Below are positions 63,890 through 64,000 of a DNA stretch of 64,000 bases, piece after piece. The stretch is from Octopus vulgaris (lineage: Eukaryota), in contig OX597828.1 of assembly GCA_951406725.2 (NCBI GenBank), positions 26,908,001-26,972,000 of the forward strand, read 5' to 3'. Position 1 is the stretch's first letter; every line of letters begins with the position of its first letter. A program made the translations under genes and the position numbers. The notes beneath the pieces were generated by a model. The model did no database searches. It had not been told where the DNA came from and worked only from the letters and a program-made list of their open reading frames with translations.

Positions 63890-64000
<111 letters not shown>

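Overview
Eukaryotic, AT-rich, microsatellite-saturated non-coding DNA; the repeat repertoire is what I would expect of an octopus (coleoid cephalopod) genome, which is inference and not a database match. I recognise no intact protein-coding gene: nearly all ORFs in the track are artefacts of (TA)n/(CA)n/(TG)n/triplet repeats or SINEs. Real coding remnants are a decayed mariner transposase (1-824, -), a Penelope-like GIY-YIG fragment (2836-3190, -) and an RTE-clade LINE C-terminus (45490-45850, +). The window is filled with four SINE-like families, four non-autonomous Helitrons, three copies of a Merlin-like MITE with 8-bp TSDs, and piggyBac- and mariner-type MITEs. The most interesting signal is a set of about ten minimal type I hammerhead-ribozyme motifs from several unrelated short AT-rich elements, mostly next to (TA)n. 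They include a canonical-core copy in the inverted pLTR of the Penelope fragment, a four-copy family with a fixed A6U core, and two U4C-core copies. One U4C copy lies in a ~494-nt unit with a 53-nt terminal redundancy (retrozyme/circular-RNA-like). Also notable: a near-perfect 64-bp fold-back, a 28-unit repeat/(TG)n array, a ~155-bp duplication flanking a SINE, and a possible short-exon minus-strand transcript at 42.1-43.7 kb. All coordinates were read by eye; edges of diverged repeats are approximate.
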